From positions 1 to 59,371 of the IMG/VR virus record IMGVR_UViG_3300032234_000591: DNA of 59,371 nucleotides. The stretch is one strand, 5' to 3'. Made by a program: the position numbers and the translations under genes. The notes under the pieces were generated by a model. That model was not told where the DNA came from. It ran no database searches and saw only the letters and a list, made by a program, of their open reading frames with translations. Position 1 is the stretch's first letter; each line of letters starts with the position of its first letter. Positions 10,281 to 21,049 of the stretch are shown here, piece after piece. The DNA comes from a virus (lineage: Duplodnaviria > Caudoviricetes).

Positions 10281-10556
10281 TTATACCACATCTTCAGTGT
10301 TTTGGATTGCTCCCCATTTACCAAGTGGACATGCCGCATGAGGTAGCTTTGCTTTTTCTTTCATAAAGCAACCACACTTTTTACATTGTTTAGTAGCCTG
10401 TATAAGAGAAGGACACTTAAGACAATTTTCTTCATAACGATATTTAAATATGTCATCATCTACTCTATCAATATTTGGATTAAGTAAGTCCCAGGGTCTT
10501 ACAGTATCCCCTGCACTTTTTTCTTTCCATAACTGCCAAGGTGTTTTTTCAGACAT
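10281..10556 (-). CDS. six-Cys small protein (DUF6171-like), paralog of 47810..48046
   Basis: RPWDLL...CLKC...QCKKCGCFM..K..L..A.CPLGKW. Confidence 0.75.
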   Translation of the reverse strand: MSEKTPWQLWKEKSAGDTVRPWDLLNPNIDRVDDDIFKYRYEENCLKCPSLIQATKQCKKCGCFMKEKAKLPHAACPLGKWGAIQNTEDVV

Positions 10557-10780
10557 TAGTCTACTTGATCCTCATTATAAAAAGTATCAGTTTCTGGATT
10601 GTATTTTGAACCAACCCTAACAATTCCGTCATTTTCCACTAATTGCCCAGTTACATCAATAACTTTTGGTTCACTTAAAAAAATTGCTGACAAACGTTCG
10701 TCTGTATGCAAAATATCAACAACCTCGTTATCTAAGATAAAAGCTATTTTAATTGGGGGTATTTCATTCATTTCTGCCAT
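10556..10780 (-). CDS. small acidic protein, possible fibre-assembly partner
   Basis: 74 aa directly after the Cys-rich fibre gene; AGGAG SD and its own promoter motif at 10801-10809. Confidence 0.65.
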   Translation of the reverse strand: MAEMNEIPPIKIAFILDNEVVDILHTDERLSAIFLSEPKVIDVTGQLVENDGIVRVGSKYNPETDTFYNEDQVD

Positions 10781-10827
10781 TTTTTATTCTCCTTTTTTTA
10801 AGTATATCATAAAAACTACTTACTTGT

Positions 10828-13251
10828 CTATGTTATAGATAGATTATCATACGTAGATCCGCCATTATCATCTCCAGAAGAACTATTAATATCTGTAGGT
10901 GTTCTAATTAATCCAGCATAGGATGATCCATTGGCAGAAGTTTTACCAGGGTCTCCAGATTGTCTTGAATAAGATACTGATCCATATGCAGAATTTGAGT
11001 TATTATATGCAGTAGCCGTTATGTTATCTCCGCTTGTAGTAACAGAAATCTTGTATATTTTATTATATGCACTTGTGCTTGTTGAAACATCAGAGTCTGC
11101 TTTAGATATAACATAAGATCCGCTTGTAGATAAAATTCTTAACTTAGAATTATAATTAGTTGTAACTACGCTTACTGGAGTATTGCATGTATAGCTCGTT
11201 CCTGTTTGTGTAACTGTAGGACCACAATATTCAAATGTTCCAAAAGTTCCCCATGTATAGAGAGTTCTACACCTACTTGTTGTACAATTGTAATAAGTTT
11301 GAGTAGCATTTATTGTCCAAGTATATCTATTGGTAGCTGGATTAAGAACACATGGTCCACATCTACCACCTATAGCACTACTTAAAGGAGGACAGGTTGC
11401 TCCTGATCCTCCACCAACACATACCGTTCTAGTAAATGGACCAGTGCAAGAACATTTATCTCCACATGCAGTTCCTAAAGTATTATCTGGATATTCTCCA
11501 ATATTACCATCACAAGTAATAGGATTTGATGTAGTGCAACCACAAGTTCCTCCTGGACAACCAATATAATTAGATCCACCAGCGCCAGTGCATTGGCCAG
11601 TTGATCTTGTTTCAGAAGCACAGTGTTGACAATTAGGATAAGTGTTTGCTCCACTACATCCATATGAATATACTGGGCTTCCAGTTACTGGGCATCCTCC
11701 ACAACCAGTTCCAGAAGCATCTGTTCCAATTATTGTTCCAGTACAGCTGCTTGAGCTTGAAGTAAATGTATAATATGAAGGTGCTGCTGCCCAAAATGAT
11801 CCCGCTGAGCTTACCCAAAATGCTATTCCTGGGCCACCACCACCAGAAGGTATATCTACACTTGCTGTTAAGTCTGTTTTACCAGTAAGCTCAATAACTT
11901 GCAGAGGATAGCTTTGTGCCATTGATCCAGGGTTTATGGGGGTATAGTAATTTAATACAGTTGTGCTATTGTTAGCGGTAGACCCATTTGTGCTCCAGTT
12001 AGATGTGTCAGTTGCAACTACAGAGCTATAAAAATATGTATTTGTGCTATTTAATCCTGCAGCAACTGTTCTACTAAAAGTATCCGTAATAGGTCCCATA
12101 TAAGCACCAACATATGTTGGTGAATAATAGTAGTATGTTATAGTGCCAGATATGTTTGTTACCGCATCTCTAGAATAAAATCTTCTAGCTGGTGTAGTTG
12201 CATGGTCTTGTGTAATTGTTAATGTTGGAACTGGTGTAGCAGTATCATGAACCTCGTAAGGGGAAGAAGTTGTTTCACCATCAACTGGTGCTGTGCTAGT
12301 TGAAAGATATGAAACAATTTTATTAGTAACTGATAAAAATGTTCCAGACTGATAAGAACCAGAGCTTACTGTAATTGATTGCAGATATTGTCCTAATGGA
12401 GATGTTCCAGTAATACCTGGCTTAGTTGTTTGTATTGGTACTGGAAGGGCATTAGTTGTTGCAGATACAGGAGAACTTTCATTTCCACCATATCCTGTAT
12501 TTGATCCAGATACAATGCCACCAGTATACGGTGTAACATAAAAGTTGTATGATGTACTTGCAGATAGTCCTGTTACAGTTATTGTTGTTGGACTTCCACT
12601 TCCAGATGATTTAAAATAGCCTTCTTGTATACCGCTATAAGTATATCTAACTAAATAGCTTGAAGAATAGGCTCCTGCAGTAAATTGTAATTTAACAGAG
12701 TCATATGTTGTATTTGCAGTAACTACAGATAGATTAGATATATTTCTGGCAGCAGAAATAGATTCTGTTTCAGATGTTGATGTGGTTGGAAATCCTCCAG
12801 GCGATGTTGCTGTGACAGAAAATCTATACAGGTTATCAACATTTGGAGCTACATCAGTTTTATTATCTAGTAGCTCATAGGTATAGGTATTACTTGATCC
12901 TACAGGTGGATTAGTCGCAGTTCCGCTTGATATTGTAGACCAAGATGAACCTCCATTAGAACTCCTTTGAAAAACATAAACTAGTGTTGAGGCATTAGAC
13001 CAATAATAATTTGTTCCTGTTAAGGTAATTAATCCAGTAGACGAATTTGTAGACTGAGACAAGGTTACTGTTTGGGATATTGATGCCCCATTAATTGTGT
13101 CAGTACCAAAAAATATTTTCCAAACACCAGCAACTTTAAGATAGCCAGAAACAACGTTTTTCCATGCGCCTCCAACCTTTAGTTTTATTTGAGAAACATC
13201 TTTCCAAACAGAACCACCTTGGCCATTGCTGGTCTTTAATTTAACAGTCAT
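10828..13251 (-). CDS. tail fibre / receptor-binding protein with FN3-like domains and a 22-Cys insert
   Basis: N-terminal WK repeats, Ser/Thr-rich FN3 motif (VTGLSASTSYNFYVTPY), Cys-rich segment at 11185-11745. Confidence 0.7.
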   Translation of the reverse strand: MTVKLKTSNGQGGSVWKDVSQIKLKVGGAWKNVVSGYLKVAGVWKIFFGTDTINGASISQTVTLSQSTNSSTGLITLTGTNYYWSNASTLVYVFQRSSNGGSSWSTISSGTATNPPVGSSNTYTYELLDNKTDVAPNVDNLYRFSVTATSPGGFPTTSTSETESISAARNISNLSVVTANTTYDSVKLQFTAGAYSSSYLVRYTYSGIQEGYFKSSGSGSPTTITVTGLSASTSYNFYVTPYTGGIVSGSNTGYGGNESSPVSATTNALPVPIQTTKPGITGTSPLGQYLQSITVSSGSYQSGTFLSVTNKIVSYLSTSTAPVDGETTSSPYEVHDTATPVPTLTITQDHATTPARRFYSRDAVTNISGTITYYYYSPTYVGAYMGPITDTFSRTVAAGLNSTNTYFYSSVVATDTSNWSTNGSTANNSTTVLNYYTPINPGSMAQSYPLQVIELTGKTDLTASVDIPSGGGGPGIAFWVSSAGSFWAAAPSYYTFTSSSSSCTGTIIGTDASGTGCGGCPVTGSPVYSYGCSGANTYPNCQHCASETRSTGQCTGAGGSNYIGCPGGTCGCTTSNPITCDGNIGEYPDNTLGTACGDKCSCTGPFTRTVCVGGGSGATCPPLSSAIGGRCGPCVLNPATNRYTWTINATQTYYNCTTSRCRTLYTWGTFGTFEYCGPTVTQTGTSYTCNTPVSVVTTNYNSKLRILSTSGSYVISKADSDVSTSTSAYNKIYKISVTTSGDNITATAYNNSNSAYGSVSYSRQSGDPGKTSANGSSYAGLIRTPTDINSSSGDDNGGSTYDNLSIT

Positions 13252-13262
13252 TTATTATCCAA

Positions 13263-15617
13263 TCACGGAGTGTAAAGTAATACTACGTCTCCATTAGCTT
13301 CATTTGCTGATAGATAAGCATTACTATAAAAATTAGCTACTGTACTGGTAAAAATATTTCTTAATCCGCCAGAGTTTGCTGCACCAGCACCGTCTGGATC
13401 ACCAGCAATTTGTGCAGATCTTGCTACTTTTACTTGTCTTCCAAAATCTTCTTGATAGTGACCTAAAACTAATCTACCTGATTCAGAAGTAGAGATAACT
13501 CCATATCCACCAATAGTATCTGTTATAGAAAAACTTCCAGATAATGACTCTATTGTAACATCACCAACATAAAGCTGTCCGTCTACATCCATTGGTCCAG
13601 AAATATTTCCGCTTGTTGCATTAATTTCTCCAGTGATATTTGCACTACTTGCAAATAGATCTCCGTTGAGTCTAACTCTAAAAGGGCTTGTCTCATCTGT
13701 TGGTCCAGTACCGCCAGACCAAAACACATTATCATTGTCATCTGCTGGACTATTTATACCAGCTGTGGTAGTTTCTACCGTGTCTTTAGTTACATAGATA
13801 TATCCATTTGTTGAGTCTAAAGAAATCTTTCCTTGTCCCGTTGCAGTTTTTGTAATTGCACTTGAGGTTACACTCCATCCACCAATAAGAGCAGATTTAG
13901 TTGTCAACAAACCTGTTTCTCCATTAATAGTTGTTATGTCATTTACAGTTGACGAATTAAATGTTAATCCATCCTTGTTTAGTATATACCCTTTGCCAGA
14001 TAAAGAACCGCCAGTATCTCCTGTAGGAGTAACAGTATTACCTGTCAATGTTCCACTATATATAGATGCACCGCTTGCCATGTTAACGTTACCGCTAAAT
14101 GATCCCTTTTTAGCCTGTAGGTCTCCAGTTACTACAAGAGATGATCCATCCCAAGTAACATAATTATCTGTTCCACCAACCTTTAAAGATGCTGACTGAG
14201 ATGAGTCTATATACCAATAATTATTTGTATTAAATACCAAACCTCTTTTACCAGTTGCTACTCCATAACCAAATCTAAAAACTCCTGTATCTGTTCCAGC
14301 AACTCCAGCTTCAAAGTACCCAGTTGTAGAAACATTTGTTCCTATAAAAGGAGACCCAGCAGTTGATACTGGGCTACCAGTTAGTGTTTGATATGATGAA
14401 GAAGTATTGTTATATTCATCATATGCTGCAATTGCAACTTCATAACTTGTACCTGAAGCAAGTCCTGTTATTCTAAATGCTGTGCCATTGCCTGGAGAGT
14501 CAACATAAGAGTAGTTTGATGCTGGAATAGTTACTGGCCTAAACCTAATCCTATATCCTCTTAAAGTAGTATCTGATACTGCAGTCCAAGATATGTTTAG
14601 AAAAGCATTAAAACCTATTGTTCCAGAACTTTCTAATCCACCAGTCACTGATCCAGTTGGAGCAGCAGGCCCCTCATTATCTACTGTAATTGGTGATGTA
14701 GGAGTTACCTTTTGAGCAGCACAAAAAGCTGTAGATACTGCAACCTTGCTAGTAAATCTTGCCTTTACCCATCTAGCATTATTATTAACTGTAATGATGT
14801 TTGCTGGGGAGATCTGATCAAAATAAACTCTTGAATAAGTAACTCCAGTGGGTTCTGTAGAAGAATCAGACTCATACTCATAAATATCAATAGAATCAAA
14901 CACAGATTGTGAAGGTATGGTATAGGCTACACTATATCCACTTATTGCTGAAGTAACTGTAATAACTGGCACTGGAAGATTTAAAACATATGCAGGAACT
15001 GTAGTATCACAAGCCTTTGCACTTACATTATAGAATGGGTCAATTGCAAAAACACAAACCTTAGTAATGTTAACTGATAAATCTCCAATAGTTGCTTTAT
15101 TTATTTCTTTTGTAAGTATTGCTGTCTGGGCAGTTTGTGTTCTATTTACTGGAAAAGATCCATATGGGGTTTGACGTATTGTACCTGTAGATAAAGTAAT
15201 TTCTAAAATAAATTCTGAAACGGTTACGTTGGCAGGATCTTCATAGTCCCAGTTAAACGTAACAATAAGATCTTCTGTTTTTCCAGATTCTGTTGACCAA
15301 GCTGTTGAAACATTGCTTACAGATCCTAAAGCAATTGAATCAGAATCAAGGATATATCCTGGATTGCCATTAGATGGTGGAACTGATGTTTTAGCTCTTA
15401 CCTGATCATCATTAATATTGGGAGATCCATAAGCATTACTACCTCTTGATCCACCAGCGATTAAAGATTTACCGTCTGCACCAATTTCTTCAATTTCTGC
15501 ACCCTGACGGGCATATGTTTGTCCTCTTTTATCCCAAGCTAAACGTGGGTCATCAATACCAATCGGAACTGTCTGATTTTTTGCTACAGATTTTGGGCTG
15601 GTATATTTTGACTTCAC
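13263..15617 (-). CDS. minor tail protein with FN3 domain
   Basis: ISWTAV...GYRIRFR...ITGLASGTSYEVAIAAYD FN3 signature; Gly-rich beta repeats; position in the tail module. Confidence 0.75.
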   Translation of the reverse strand: MKSKYTSPKSVAKNQTVPIGIDDPRLAWDKRGQTYARQGAEIEEIGADGKSLIAGGSRGSNAYGSPNINDDQVRAKTSVPPSNGNPGYILDSDSIALGSVSNVSTAWSTESGKTEDLIVTFNWDYEDPANVTVSEFILEITLSTGTIRQTPYGSFPVNRTQTAQTAILTKEINKATIGDLSVNITKVCVFAIDPFYNVSAKACDTTVPAYVLNLPVPVITVTSAISGYSVAYTIPSQSVFDSIDIYEYESDSSTEPTGVTYSRVYFDQISPANIITVNNNARWVKARFTSKVAVSTAFCAAQKVTPTSPITVDNEGPAAPTGSVTGGLESSGTIGFNAFLNISWTAVSDTTLRGYRIRFRPVTIPASNYSYVDSPGNGTAFRITGLASGTSYEVAIAAYDEYNNTSSSYQTLTGSPVSTAGSPFIGTNVSTTGYFEAGVAGTDTGVFRFGYGVATGKRGLVFNTNNYWYIDSSQSASLKVGGTDNYVTWDGSSLVVTGDLQAKKGSFSGNVNMASGASIYSGTLTGNTVTPTGDTGGSLSGKGYILNKDGLTFNSSTVNDITTINGETGLLTTKSALIGGWSVTSSAITKTATGQGKISLDSTNGYIYVTKDTVETTTAGINSPADDNDNVFWSGGTGPTDETSPFRVRLNGDLFASSANITGEINATSGNISGPMDVDGQLYVGDVTIESLSGSFSITDTIGGYGVISTSESGRLVLGHYQEDFGRQVKVARSAQIAGDPDGAGAANSGGLRNIFTSTVANFYSNAYLSANEANGDVVLLYTP

Positions 15618-15629
15618 AATAGTTCCACC

Positions 15630-16154
15630 TTACTTTGGTCCTATTGCCATCCAGTTTATGAAAAAAGATGATGTCAATGGTCTTACTGTACCGCCAGTTT
15701 CAAAACTTCTTGAATCAACTACACGAGCAACAAAATTATCTTTTGTTACATCTTGCACTGTAACAATAACATTTGTATTATTTGTATTTACTGTAGTGCT
15801 TCCAAATTGTGCTGTTGCTGTAATAATTGGTGTTGCATCAAATGACTTTACTGCAGTAGACTCATTAGCAAATGGGATAGTTACATAATACATATGCTTA
15901 TTTGATGGCATAAAGCTAGCGCCCCCTGTTGCAGTATCAACTTTATACTTGCCAAATATAATTTTTGTTGATCCAGGATCATATTGCTGAGAAATATTGA
16001 CTCCGCTATTCCAGTCAGTATACCCTGTTCCTTGTGCTCCAAAGTTATTGCTAATTGCAGTAATGCTATCACTGTGCTGGTTAACTACATTAATTACTTG
16101 GTGCCAAGCAGCCAAGTCTATAATATTTGGGTCTGAGATTTTAATATACGGCAT
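15630..16154 (-). CDS. minor tail protein
   Basis: C-terminal F...PIITAT...INWMAIGP resembles small tail/H-lectin-like folds; position in the tail module. Confidence 0.6.
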   Translation of the reverse strand: MPYIKISDPNIIDLAAWHQVINVVNQHSDSITAISNNFGAQGTGYTDWNSGVNISQQYDPGSTKIIFGKYKVDTATGGASFMPSNKHMYYVTIPFANESTAVKSFDATPIITATAQFGSTTVNTNNTNVIVTVQDVTKDNFVARVVDSRSFETGGTVRPLTSSFFINWMAIGPK

Positions 16155-16173
16155 TGTCTTCTCCTATTTGTTA

Positions 16174-16182
16174 ATTATACCA
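16174..16182 (-). promoter_or_regulatory. extended -10 promoter TGGTATAAT
   Basis: One copy of the recurrent motif, upstream of the SD and ATG at 16154. Confidence 0.65.
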
Positions 16183-16190
16183 CAGAGGGT

Positions 16191-19100
16191 CTATTCTTGA
16201 ATTCTTTTCAAAACAAGGGAAGTTTCAAGCCCCTGGCTAAAGCTTTGAGCAACAGACTGTACAAAATATTTTTGACTGCTAATGCCATTAAGGTTGTAGG
16301 ATAGTGTTACTATGTCCCCTACCTGAATTAGTGGGTGGCCAAATATATTTAAAGATACCGTTTTTGAAAATCCTTCAATACCCATCTGTATAACCTTTAG
16401 CATCTTATATGCTGCCTGCTTAGACTGTATCCATTCAGAATCTAACTGCACAACCTCAGACATATTGGATGGATCAATAACCTGCTCAATAATTTCTGGA
16501 TCTGAAGGAGCCACGATCTCATGTGTCCAAAGATTGAAGTTGTTAGTTAAATCATTTAGCTCATCAGAATCTTTCTTTAATATTACTGCATGTGGTCTAC
16601 CATTTGCTACAGCCATTCTAGCTCTAAATCCTGTATTCAGAGGTGTTGAATATGAAAGAGAATATTCATCAACAAGCTTCTTCTGATATCTAGTTTGATC
16701 TTCTGGACTATTGCCTGGATAATATTTCATCATATATTCAATTGGAAGCACATCAACACTTACTGCAGCAGGAGTTGTATACTGAACATCATAATAATTA
16801 ATGCCAGCAATCTCTGGTGTTGTTTGCATAATATATGTAGGTGAATTATTATATAGTGGTTGATTTTGTACCATACCGTTTAAGAATTCTCTATCCTGAT
16901 AGAAATAACTTACACTTCTTTCTAAAAGTGGTTTAACAGTAGCATGAATTTCTCTTAGTATTGCTGGTGCATCTACTGTATCACTAAAATAATTTATTGG
17001 GGGATATACCCCCTCTATCTCACGTGGAACCCTAGTTGTACAAAAACCAAATTTTGTATCAGCCACAATATTATCAGGAACCGATGGCTTTCTTCTTGCA
17101 CCAGTAAGGAAGTTAATATCCATAGCTCCCCAAGCACCACCACCTGGATTTGTTTCTTCATCGTAATTGTCAAATTGTGGTCTTTGCCATCCAGTGATTT
17201 GTACATTATTTAAAAATACATGAAATATATTCAATGGCTCTTCTTCTGTTCCATCTTCTCCATCTGAGCCATCTGATAAAACATATGCAACCTTTAAGTT
17301 AAATGCATTATCAGTTACAAATGAATATTGTGTTTTTCCATCTACTTCTGTTTTCGTAATAATTTTAGAGAAATTACTAATAATACTATTACATTCTCCA
17401 GTAACATCTGCCCAATATAGTATGTCATTATTAACTGCATCATATATCTGCATGATATACCTGTATCTTGCAGGACTATATGGCTCGTCTGTTTTTGGAT
17501 TTTTAGTGTTAAGCTTTACAAGCTGTACAAAATATGCATCTCCTGCTTCAGTATCACTTTCCATATTAAAAAATATTCCAGCTGCTGAGGTGTCCTGATT
17601 GGTCAATTCAAACTTTACAGAGTATGTGTGATATCCAAGATCTACCTCTGATGTTGGGAACATTAATACCATCTCATCTTCATCATTTGAGATTACTATC
17701 TTATCTATGCTTGGAAGTGATGGCTCTTGTAGGCCATTAATATCTGCTGGATCACTATCATCTACAATATAACTAATTGCTCCCGCAGGTGATATTACAT
17801 TTGTAAATACATTACAAAGTTTTTTAGATAAATCTTTTGTTGATAAAGTATTGATTCTTTCATGTTTTGCTGGGTATGTTCCAAACAATCCACGCTGAAC
17901 ATTAGTAATATTTCCAGTTGGAGTTATTTTAATATCATAGTCAGAAGAAATTACTGCTTCTCCGCCAGATATATATGTTCCAGTTTCTGTACCGCCAACA
18001 ACAAAGGTAGTTGAATCTGCTGCTCCAACTACTCCTATTACGTTATATCCTTGAGGATCTACTCCAGTAATGCTTATTTTTTGTCCAATTGTAAAATTGT
18101 TATCAGCAGTATATGTCATTGAAGTTTCATCACCAGTAGCGTTTGTTATAGTTGCATAAGATGAAAGTAACCCAATACTATATTCTTTTATAAATCTATC
18201 AATTTCAGCTGACAACTCAAGATTATTTTTAACAGATACCGTAACACTCTTAGATTCATCCATTGTTGAGATGGTGTATTCTTTATAAGTAAATGAAACA
18301 ATTTCATTTTCAATAAAAGCATACCCATCATTATTTAAATTATATGTATGAAAAATATCTTGTAGGTCATTATTATTAATTTTCATTACGTTGGATGTAG
18401 CTTCCATGGTTTCATTCAAATAGTTAAAACCAACAGAATCATTAGTCTGCTGTGACCATACAACATCATTAGAAGTTGTGTATACAAATGATGGAGAATC
18501 TTTAATACCTAGATTTGTAACATTTTGTAAAGATGGAGATTGTTTAACTTTAGGGGTTTGATACCTTAACGATATCTTTCCTGGTTTAGCAGCATTTGAT
18601 ACAGACAGTCCATTCTGAACAATGTTTGTTTCTGATAAAGAAAGATTAGATCCTGTTGAAGATAAAATATTATGCAAACTTAAAAATCTCATTATCCCAT
18701 ATTCATCTATATATGCACCAATTTGATAGGCAACAAAAAGCTCATTCAAAGCATCAAGTATTGTTGAATCTTTTGAATTGACATAGTAGTATGACATATC
18801 TATAGGAGAAGACTTACTATTGCATATACGATAAAGTGAGTCATAATCATAGTCAGTAAATCCAGCAAGATCAAGTATATTGGTAATAATATCAAATACG
18901 GTCTTTAGGTTTGCAACATAGTCTGGAACTGGTGTTGACTGAAGGTAACGTGAAACATCAAATGATTGAACTGTTACAGTTTGAATATCACTTTCATTCC
19001 ATGAGTCTGAATAAAAAACTCCTCCAGGAATATATGTATTTGATGTAGTAGTTGACCCAGGTGTTGAATAAGTTGCAAGATTAAAGTTTACATAAAACTT

Positions 19101-20600
19101 AATATTTTTTCTTAACATATTAGCAAGAATGGTTGAAGACTGATTGCTTTGGCTAGAAAATATTGGAACTATTGTTGATCCATTTATTGCTGGTATTCCA
19201 GAAAGAACAATACTAGCATCATTTGTATTTAAAGAAGATATTGGCAAAGCGCTATTGTCTGCATCTAAAGATTTGTTGATTGATACATTTTGCACAAAAT
19301 CCGTTAGATCAATCTCTAATCTTGGAGACACTTCAATTAATTGCATTCTTTCTAAATCTGAACCAATATCAGTTTCTGAATCATCTACACCATTAAGTTG
19401 GGCAATTTCTAAATTAATATCCTGTGATACTTGAGTTACTGATATCTTTGTTATTGTTGTTGATAAAGATAATGAGCCAGTAGAACTAAACTGTGGCATA
19501 GTTGACCATTTTGTTTTTGTCCATGCAGATCCATTCCAATATAAAGTAAGAATTCCCGTAGCAATAAAATCAGAGTTGATCTGTGGGCTTATGGACTGTG
19601 ATCCATCAACTGTAATTGTTGTTCCATTAATTGCTATATTTACTAATGGAATAGTCATTAAAGTATTAAATTTAAGAACTATCTTATTTGTTGTAATTGC
19701 TTTTTCATAAATAGCAGTAATTGTCTTTGATGTATCGTCAGATACGAAATATCTATATGGGGAAACATCTGTAGGGAGAGCAGTTTTCATGACTGGGATC
19801 TCTGACTTTACTAAGAAAAATTTAGGATTTTGAATAATTGGAGTTATGGGCATATATTTAAGACCATAAAAACCACCATTTTCTGTTTCACTGCTTAGAA
19901 TCTTTGAAGCTATTTTTCTGTAGTTTGATGGAAATGAGTACTTAGAGTCTCCTGTTGAAACATATGATTCCCCTGGCCTAAAGTATGTAAATGGCATCTC
20001 TGTTGGAAATAATGAATGGTTTTGATAATCAAAATATGTTGTTGCATATATTTGTGGCAATGTAAAATATACTGTTGGCTCTTCATCATAGTCAGCGTTA
20101 CTTAAAGCATTTGCTGTAATGGTGTACACAAAGGATGAGATGATGTCTGTGGGGCCTGAAGAACCTACATAGGTAATAACCTTAGTCCAGCCTAAAGAGT
20201 CTGCCTCAACTTGCTCAGAGCCGAATTGTGTTGATGCTCCTTTGCCTGACAAAGTTACCATTACTGGAACTGGCTGGCTTGTTTTTAAATATGTTATTAC
20301 TTTGTATGCAGGACTTGATACAGATGTAATATCATATGATACTGTTCCTGTACCGCCTGACATTGGGAAGCTTCTTGTAGTAAAGTTAGGCTTACCGCCA
20401 GATGTAACATTTGATACTGCGCTTCCACCAGACTTTAATGTTGGAGTAATTGATGCTCCAGAACCAGCCACTGTTATATATGGTGGATTAAAAAGATTGT
20501 GATTCCACTCTGCAGAAACTACAGGGGTAAGTGTAATTGAATCTGAACCTGTAAATATATTAGAACTTTGACTTTCTGTAAGTGCCCCAACTTTTAGCAT
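16191..20600 (-). CDS. large tail tip / hub protein
   Basis: 1469 aa two genes after the tape measure; YIDEYGIMRF and C-terminal GHPLIQVGDIVTL typical of tail-tip proteins. Confidence 0.75.
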   Translation of the reverse strand: MLKVGALTESQSSNIFTGSDSITLTPVVSAEWNHNLFNPPYITVAGSGASITPTLKSGGSAVSNVTSGGKPNFTTRSFPMSGGTGTVSYDITSVSSPAYKVITYLKTSQPVPVMVTLSGKGASTQFGSEQVEADSLGWTKVITYVGSSGPTDIISSFVYTITANALSNADYDEEPTVYFTLPQIYATTYFDYQNHSLFPTEMPFTYFRPGESYVSTGDSKYSFPSNYRKIASKILSSETENGGFYGLKYMPITPIIQNPKFFLVKSEIPVMKTALPTDVSPYRYFVSDDTSKTITAIYEKAITTNKIVLKFNTLMTIPLVNIAINGTTITVDGSQSISPQINSDFIATGILTLYWNGSAWTKTKWSTMPQFSSTGSLSLSTTITKISVTQVSQDINLEIAQLNGVDDSETDIGSDLERMQLIEVSPRLEIDLTDFVQNVSINKSLDADNSALPISSLNTNDASIVLSGIPAINGSTIVPIFSSQSNQSSTILANMLRKNIKFYVNFNLATYSTPGSTTTSNTYIPGGVFYSDSWNESDIQTVTVQSFDVSRYLQSTPVPDYVANLKTVFDIITNILDLAGFTDYDYDSLYRICNSKSSPIDMSYYYVNSKDSTILDALNELFVAYQIGAYIDEYGIMRFLSLHNILSSTGSNLSLSETNIVQNGLSVSNAAKPGKISLRYQTPKVKQSPSLQNVTNLGIKDSPSFVYTTSNDVVWSQQTNDSVGFNYLNETMEATSNVMKINNNDLQDIFHTYNLNNDGYAFIENEIVSFTYKEYTISTMDESKSVTVSVKNNLELSAEIDRFIKEYSIGLLSSYATITNATGDETSMTYTADNNFTIGQKISITGVDPQGYNVIGVVGAADSTTFVVGGTETGTYISGGEAVISSDYDIKITPTGNITNVQRGLFGTYPAKHERINTLSTKDLSKKLCNVFTNVISPAGAISYIVDDSDPADINGLQEPSLPSIDKIVISNDEDEMVLMFPTSEVDLGYHTYSVKFELTNQDTSAAGIFFNMESDTEAGDAYFVQLVKLNTKNPKTDEPYSPARYRYIMQIYDAVNNDILYWADVTGECNSIISNFSKIITKTEVDGKTQYSFVTDNAFNLKVAYVLSDGSDGEDGTEEEPLNIFHVFLNNVQITGWQRPQFDNYDEETNPGGGAWGAMDINFLTGARRKPSVPDNIVADTKFGFCTTRVPREIEGVYPPINYFSDTVDAPAILREIHATVKPLLERSVSYFYQDREFLNGMVQNQPLYNNSPTYIMQTTPEIAGINYYDVQYTTPAAVSVDVLPIEYMMKYYPGNSPEDQTRYQKKLVDEYSLSYSTPLNTGFRARMAVANGRPHAVILKKDSDELNDLTNNFNLWTHEIVAPSDPEIIEQVIDPSNMSEVVQLDSEWIQSKQAAYKMLKVIQMGIEGFSKTVSLNIFGHPLIQVGDIVTLSYNLNGISSQKYFVQSVAQSFSQGLETSLVLKRIQE

Positions 20601-21049
20601 TAGGCCTCCGTAAAGTCAATGCTCATATTAACATAGTCTGATATTCTTGTTCTGTTAATAATTGTTTTAGAAAAATTGTTCATAAATACAGTATACACTT
20701 CAAAACCAGATTGTGAAGTAACAAATGATCCAGACTGATTAAGCTCAGAGCTTACAACTTTTAAATAAACTGGAACTCCAGCATAAGCCTTATAGAATGA
20801 CTCAAGCCATGCTGCACTTTGATTTAAATCAGCTGTTTCGGATGTTCTTGATGGAACATAACTCCAAGACACAGAAATATTGTTTTTTTGAGCAACTACA
20901 TATTTTCTCATTTTTCCATTTGCCATTCTCTGCTGAGTTTCAATCAGCTCTGGAGATATAGAAATTGGATCTCTATTATGATCTGTAAGCTTTTGCCAAT
21001 TAACATTGTCTGTGGATAGATGTATTCCAGCCTGAATTAAATAAGCCAT
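20600..21049 (-). CDS. distal tail (Dit-like) protein
   Basis: Immediately after the tape measure; RMANGKMRKYVVAQK...VSWSYVP. Confidence 0.65.
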   Translation of the reverse strand: MAYLIQAGIHLSTDNVNWQKLTDHNRDPISISPELIETQQRMANGKMRKYVVAQKNNISVSWSYVPSRTSETADLNQSAAWLESFYKAYAGVPVYLKVVSSELNQSGSFVTSQSGFEVYTVFMNNFSKTIINRTRISDYVNMSIDFTEA

